Assembly (NCBI RefSeq): GCF_004010195.1
Contig: NC_057719.1
Location: forward strand, 78,666,666 to 78,730,665
Length of the DNA stretch: 64,000 bases
Direction of reading: 5' to 3'
From: Chiloscyllium plagiosum
Lineage: Eukaryota
The notes beneath the pieces are model-generated. The model had not been told where the DNA came from and did no database searches. It was given only the letters and a program-made list of their open reading frames with translations. Shown here piece after piece: positions 61,623-64,000 of the stretch (its first letter is position 1; every line of letters starts with the position of its first letter). The position numbers and the translations under genes were made by a program.

Positions 61623-62671
61623 GATGTCTATCCTGATCCTGGGCACCATGCAGGGCAACATAGCCTTTGGGACTCTCGATCCTGACCATAAGAGCCTTAT
61701 CCTGTGGTCAGACCATGTGAGGGTTGGGTCTGTTGGACTACAGGTGAGATGTCATATCAATAGGTATTTTCTAATCAACCTGTCCAGAGCAGGGGGGACT
61801 TCAACCCTGGCCTCCTGATTAAGAGTTAGGGATGCTACCACTGCACTACAAGAGCCCCTCCCCAATTTTTATATCCATATGGTCAGTACTCATCCTTACA
61901 GCTAACTACTGCGACATATTGGTCAAATGGATATCAATTCTAATAGGGTAAGGTTGGTTAGTGGCCAATATTGAGGCAACAGTCAGTCAGCCGGCTGAAC
62001 AGCCAATCAGAGCCCTTCTTTTCAGGAAGCGCCGCAGCCACTGAACTGGGAGGAGGGGTGAACTAACAGTGCCATCAGGGAGATGGTGGCTGCTATCAGT
62101 ACTGCACCCACATGAGGCTAAGAATCACGAAGTGAAGGGGGCTGAGGTGAACAATTTCTGATGACAATGGCACGAGATGGAGAGGAGGGTCAACAGGCAG
62201 GGTAGGGTCTTTCTCCCAGCACCTCTTACCTCCAGCTGTTCCTGGTGCTGTGACCCTCCATTGGGTATGGAGACTCCTCGAACATGGCATCCATTAAGAC
62301 ACCTATGGACCTTAATTGGTGGCAAGGGTGGAAATGAGGGGGCAGCAGCTGCCATCAGATGCCGCACAAATGACTGAACCATGACAGAGGTGGGAAAATG
62401 TCAGGCTCCCTACGCACCACCCACTGCCCCATTAACTGCCTCTCACTACTAAACCAGGTACAGGTGAGGGCAGTAACGTCTGCCCATATGAGCAAGCAAA
62501 GCTATAATTTTTTTTAAAAATCAATGGTCCGTCATAAACCATTTTAGGGAACTGCAGTTAAAGGAAATAAGTATTTTTGTTTTGGCAGGTCAAACGTACT
62601 GGCTCTACAAATACAATGAGCTATGATTATATTTTTCCTGGAGGGTTTGTCCAAGTTAAGATTGGGATATA

Positions 62672-62765
62672 CTGAATTGAATTGAATTGAATTGAATTGA
62701 ATTAAACTGAATGATTTATTGTCACTTGTATTCAACAAATAAATAAATAAACAAATAAATAACAA
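62672..62765. repeat. (TGAAT)n and (AAAT/AAAC)n microsatellites
   Basis: Directly visible. Confidence 0.85.
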
Positions 62766-62779
62766 ATGACTAAAAAAAA

Positions 62780-63268
62780 GCATTCTATCTGGATGCATCA
62801 TGGCTCATTATGTCAACTGCTGTACCCAGGACTGTATGAAACTACAGAGATTTGTGAACACAGACCAGACCATCATGGAAGCAAACCTGCCATCCACTGA
62901 CATCGTCTATACTTCTTGTTGCCTCCTGATAGCAGCCAACATAATCAAAAATCCCCTTCATCCCAGTTATAATCTCTTCCAACCTCTTCTATCGGGCAGA
63001 AGATACAAAAGCTTAAACACATGTACCAACAGATTCAAGGACAGCTTCTTCCCCGCTGCCATTCAACTTATGAATAGACCTCTCAAACTTTAAATTTAAT
63101 GTTGGCCTCGCTCTTTGTGCACCTTCTGTGCAGCCATAACATTGTATTCCTCGCTCTGTTCTGCTACCCGAATGCACTTTGTATGATATCATCTGCCTGT
63201 ACTACACACAAAACAAAGCTTTTCATTGCACCTAGATACATGTGACAATATTAAATCAAATCAAATAA
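62780..63268 (+). mobile_element. Rex1/Babar-type LINE 3' end
   Basis: ORF 62800: KLQRFVNT..I..ANLPS..ANIIKNPLHPSYNLFQPLLSGRRYKSL..TNRFKDSFFPAAIQLMN; (aaatc)n tail. Confidence 0.8.
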
Positions 63269-63654
63269 ATAGTGAAGTGTGTACTGTATTGCCATTTTCA
63301 GTTACAAGCTTCTGAGTATTGAAAGAAATGAGTGTACCAGAGCTGTGTTGCTCAGGGGATTTTGATGCAGAATAAACCTGTCGTGATCAATCATCGTATT
63401 CACTGCATGATCCAAAATCCATTCAAAGGATGTGGTGAATACAGTAGCAATCTCTCAGAGATGAAATGGTATCAAGTGGCAACAGTGATTGAACTGTGAC
63501 AACAGCCAAGAATATTTTTAGCAGTAAAATCAAAGCATTGCACTACATTTCATTTGGGGTATAGCAACCAAAGTTTTTCAACACGTATTCATTTCATTAA
63601 TTGGAGCCTCTTTACCAGATACCTTAATGGAGCTGGTCTGGAATTTTATTTTGT

Positions 63655-63815
63655 TAAGGAAAGAAAGCAGAATTAATGTTTCAGGTCCAGTGGGTTGAGA
63701 AGTTCTGAAAAAGTGTCACTGTACCCAAAACGTTTACTTTGCCTTCCCTCCACAGCTGTTACCAGGCCTGCTGAGTTTTTCCAATAATTTCTGTTTTTGT
63801 TTCTGATTTCCAGCA
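63655..63815. mobile_element. Degenerate family C Penelope-like inverted terminal repeat
   Basis: ttaatgtttcaggtccagtg opposes gttctgaaaaagtgtcactgtacccaaaacgtt; body resembles the reverse complement of 44375-44476. Confidence 0.5.
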
Positions 63816-64000
63816 TTCCTTGTTAAGGGTTGTTTATCCTACAGGCTGTTCCACTTACTTTCAAAATGACCACAGGCGATCAGAGAAGGTCTGAAAACAC
63901 TGCCTCAGGGATGCTGCAGGGTCCAAGTGTCCACCTGATTAAATTGCTCAACAAGTTTACCATGTTTCTGTGACCATTTTGCCATGTGCAGGAAGTGTAT

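Noticed and set aside
18619..64000. Further RGS6 exons
   Set aside because: No match to the expected downstream DEP-domain peptides found by eye; a short diverged exon could have been missed.

Overview
Repeat-rich vertebrate genomic DNA, inferred to be elasmobranch (shark) from many HE1/V-SINE-type, Deu-domain SINE and CR1 copies. The only host-gene sequence I can support is one 100-bp coding exon (18519-18618, +) matching the start of the RGS6 DEP domain, so the rest of the window is probably RGS6 intron (>18.5 kb upstream, >45 kb downstream). The introns hold CR1 and L2/CR1-like LINE fragments, several SINE families, a Ty3/Gypsy gag-pol fossil, a Rex1/Babar 3' end, a Harbinger-like remnant and two N gaps. 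The most notable pattern is a set of short, mostly palindromic insertions with 10-16 bp target-site duplications that carry minimal hammerhead-ribozyme motifs (CTGANGA-stem II-GAAA-NN-TH), often one per strand; three copies are joined to the C-terminus of a Penelope-type GIY-YIG endonuclease. The region 2.9-11.3 kb has unexplained long inverted/direct repeats and decayed coding-like sequence, possibly from a tyrosine-recombinase element (low confidence). Repeat boundaries are approximate and family names come from motif recognition, not database searches.
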